Origin: Felis catus
Lineage: Eukaryota
Direction of reading: 5' to 3'
NCBI RefSeq assembly: GCF_018350175.1
Contig: NC_058368.1
Location: 57,476,001 to 57,540,000, forward strand
Length of the DNA: 64,000 nt
Below the pieces are notes generated by a model that made no database searches, had not been told where the DNA came from, and was given only the letters and a program-made list of their open reading frames with translations. Position numbers and translations under genes: made by a program. Positions 62,752 to 64,000 of this stretch are shown piece after piece (position 1 is the stretch's first letter; each line of letters starts with the position of its first letter).

Positions 62752-64000
62752 TACACAACAGATTTTCAATATACACAAAATAGCCTTCTATTGGAAGATG
62801 ATGCCACATCTAGAGCTTTCATAGCTAAAGATGAAAAGTCAATGCTTTGCTTCAGCCAATGACAGTTTCAAAGGAAAGGCTGACTCTTTTGTTAGGGATT
62901 AATTCCGCTGGTGACTTTCATTTTACAACATGGTTTACTGAATCTTTTAAGCCAACTGTTGAGACCTACTATTCAGGAAAAAAAGAAAAAAAAGATTTAT
63001 TGCAAAATATTACTGCTCACTGACAATGTACCTGGTCACCTAAGAGCTCTGATGAGATATGTAGTGAATTAATGGTGTTCTTGTGTCTGCTGATACAACA
63101 TCCAGTCTGTAGAACATGAGTCAAAGAGGAATTTCAACTTTCAAGTCTTATCATTTAAGAAATATACTTTGTAAGGCTATAGTTTCCATAGACAGTGATT
63201 ACGCTTATGGATATAAATTTCAAAGTAAATTTAAAATTTTCTGGAAAGGAGTCATCATTCTAGATGTCATTGAGACTATTTGTGATTCATGGGAAGAGGT
63301 CAACACTCACAGGAGTTTGGAATAAATTGATTCTCACCCTGATGTGTGACTTTGTGGGCTCAGGACTTCAGTGAAGGAAGTGAGTGCAGATGTGGTAGAA
63401 ACAACAAGAGAACTAGAATTAGAAGTAGAGCTTGGCAATGTGACTGAATTGCTGCAATTTTATGATACAGCTTTAATGGATGAGGAGATGCTTCTTATGA
63501 ATGATTAAGGAAAGTAGTTTTATGAGATAGAATCTACTCCTAGTGAAGATGCCATGAAGACCGTTGAAATGACAACAAAAGATTTAGAATATACGCTTGT
63601 TGATAAACAATGACAAAGTTTGAGAGGACTGACTCCAATTTTGAAGGATGTCCTACTGTGGAAAAATGCTGTCAAACAGCATGGCATGCTACAGAGAAAT
63701 CATTAGGAAAAGAAAAAGCCAACTGATGCAGCAAACTTCATTGTTCTCTTATTTTAAGAAATCGTCACAACCATCCCAGCCTTCAGCAACCACCACCCTG
63801 ATCAGTCAGCAGCCATCAATATCAAGTCAAGACTCTCCACCTGTAAAACGATTATGACTCGCTGAAATATCAAATAGTAGTTAGCATTTTTTGGCAATAA
63901 AATATTTTTAAATTAAGATATGTACAATGCTTTTGTAGACAATGCTGTTGCACACTTAAGAGACTATACTATAGTGTAAATATAACTTGTATGCAGTGGC

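Larger units (their letters stand above)
60689..64000 (+). mobile_element. Tigger1 (TcMar/pogo) DNA transposon, near full length, inactive; 3' TIR beyond window
   Basis: TA followed by an aggcata TIR start. The transposase start at 61073 reads MVSTCLSKRKSHKSLTLNQKLEMVKLSE and stops at 61184-61186. Collinear to the window end except for an L1 insertion and an internal deletion near 62920. Confidence 0.93.

Noticed and set aside
61073..63857. Tigger1 transposase as a domesticated TIGD1-like gene
   Set aside because: Stop at codon 38, an L1 insertion, an internal deletion and many frameshifts.
1..64000. CRISPR array, operon, CpG-island promoter, numt or non-retroviral viral insert
   Set aside because: No repeat-spacer periodicity, no gene-dense region, CpG clusters essentially confined to young SINEs, and no mitochondrial or viral protein motifs recognised.

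Overview
AT-rich mammalian nuclear DNA from a felid. The evidence is about 25 tRNA-derived Can-SINEs, five of them near-consensus young SINEC_Fc-type copies, plus a young cat-type L1 3' end. The window reads as a large intron or intergenic stretch built from layered transposon fossils: MIR, L2, MaLR/ERVL/ERV1 solo LTRs, hAT-Charlie (MER20, MER3, Charlie1a), a near-complete Tigger1, and old and young L1. I can support no intact protein-coding gene, RNA gene or CRISPR array. The ORF track is explained by SINEs, L1/Tigger remnants, microsatellites and chance, and I found no novel biological system. The best observations are retroposition footprints. (1) A MaLR LTR apparently copied as a polyadenylated RNA, with a 16-bp TSD (50241-50630). 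(2) A 29-bp tailless Can-SINE head between 18-bp TSDs (9209-9273). (3) A twin-primed inverted L1 inside Tigger1 (61587-62766). (4) A tail-only insertion (8999-9086). There is also one unverified candidate plus-strand exon (24755-24819). Repeat family names come from my recollection of consensus sequences, not a database search, and boundaries of old repeats are approximate.
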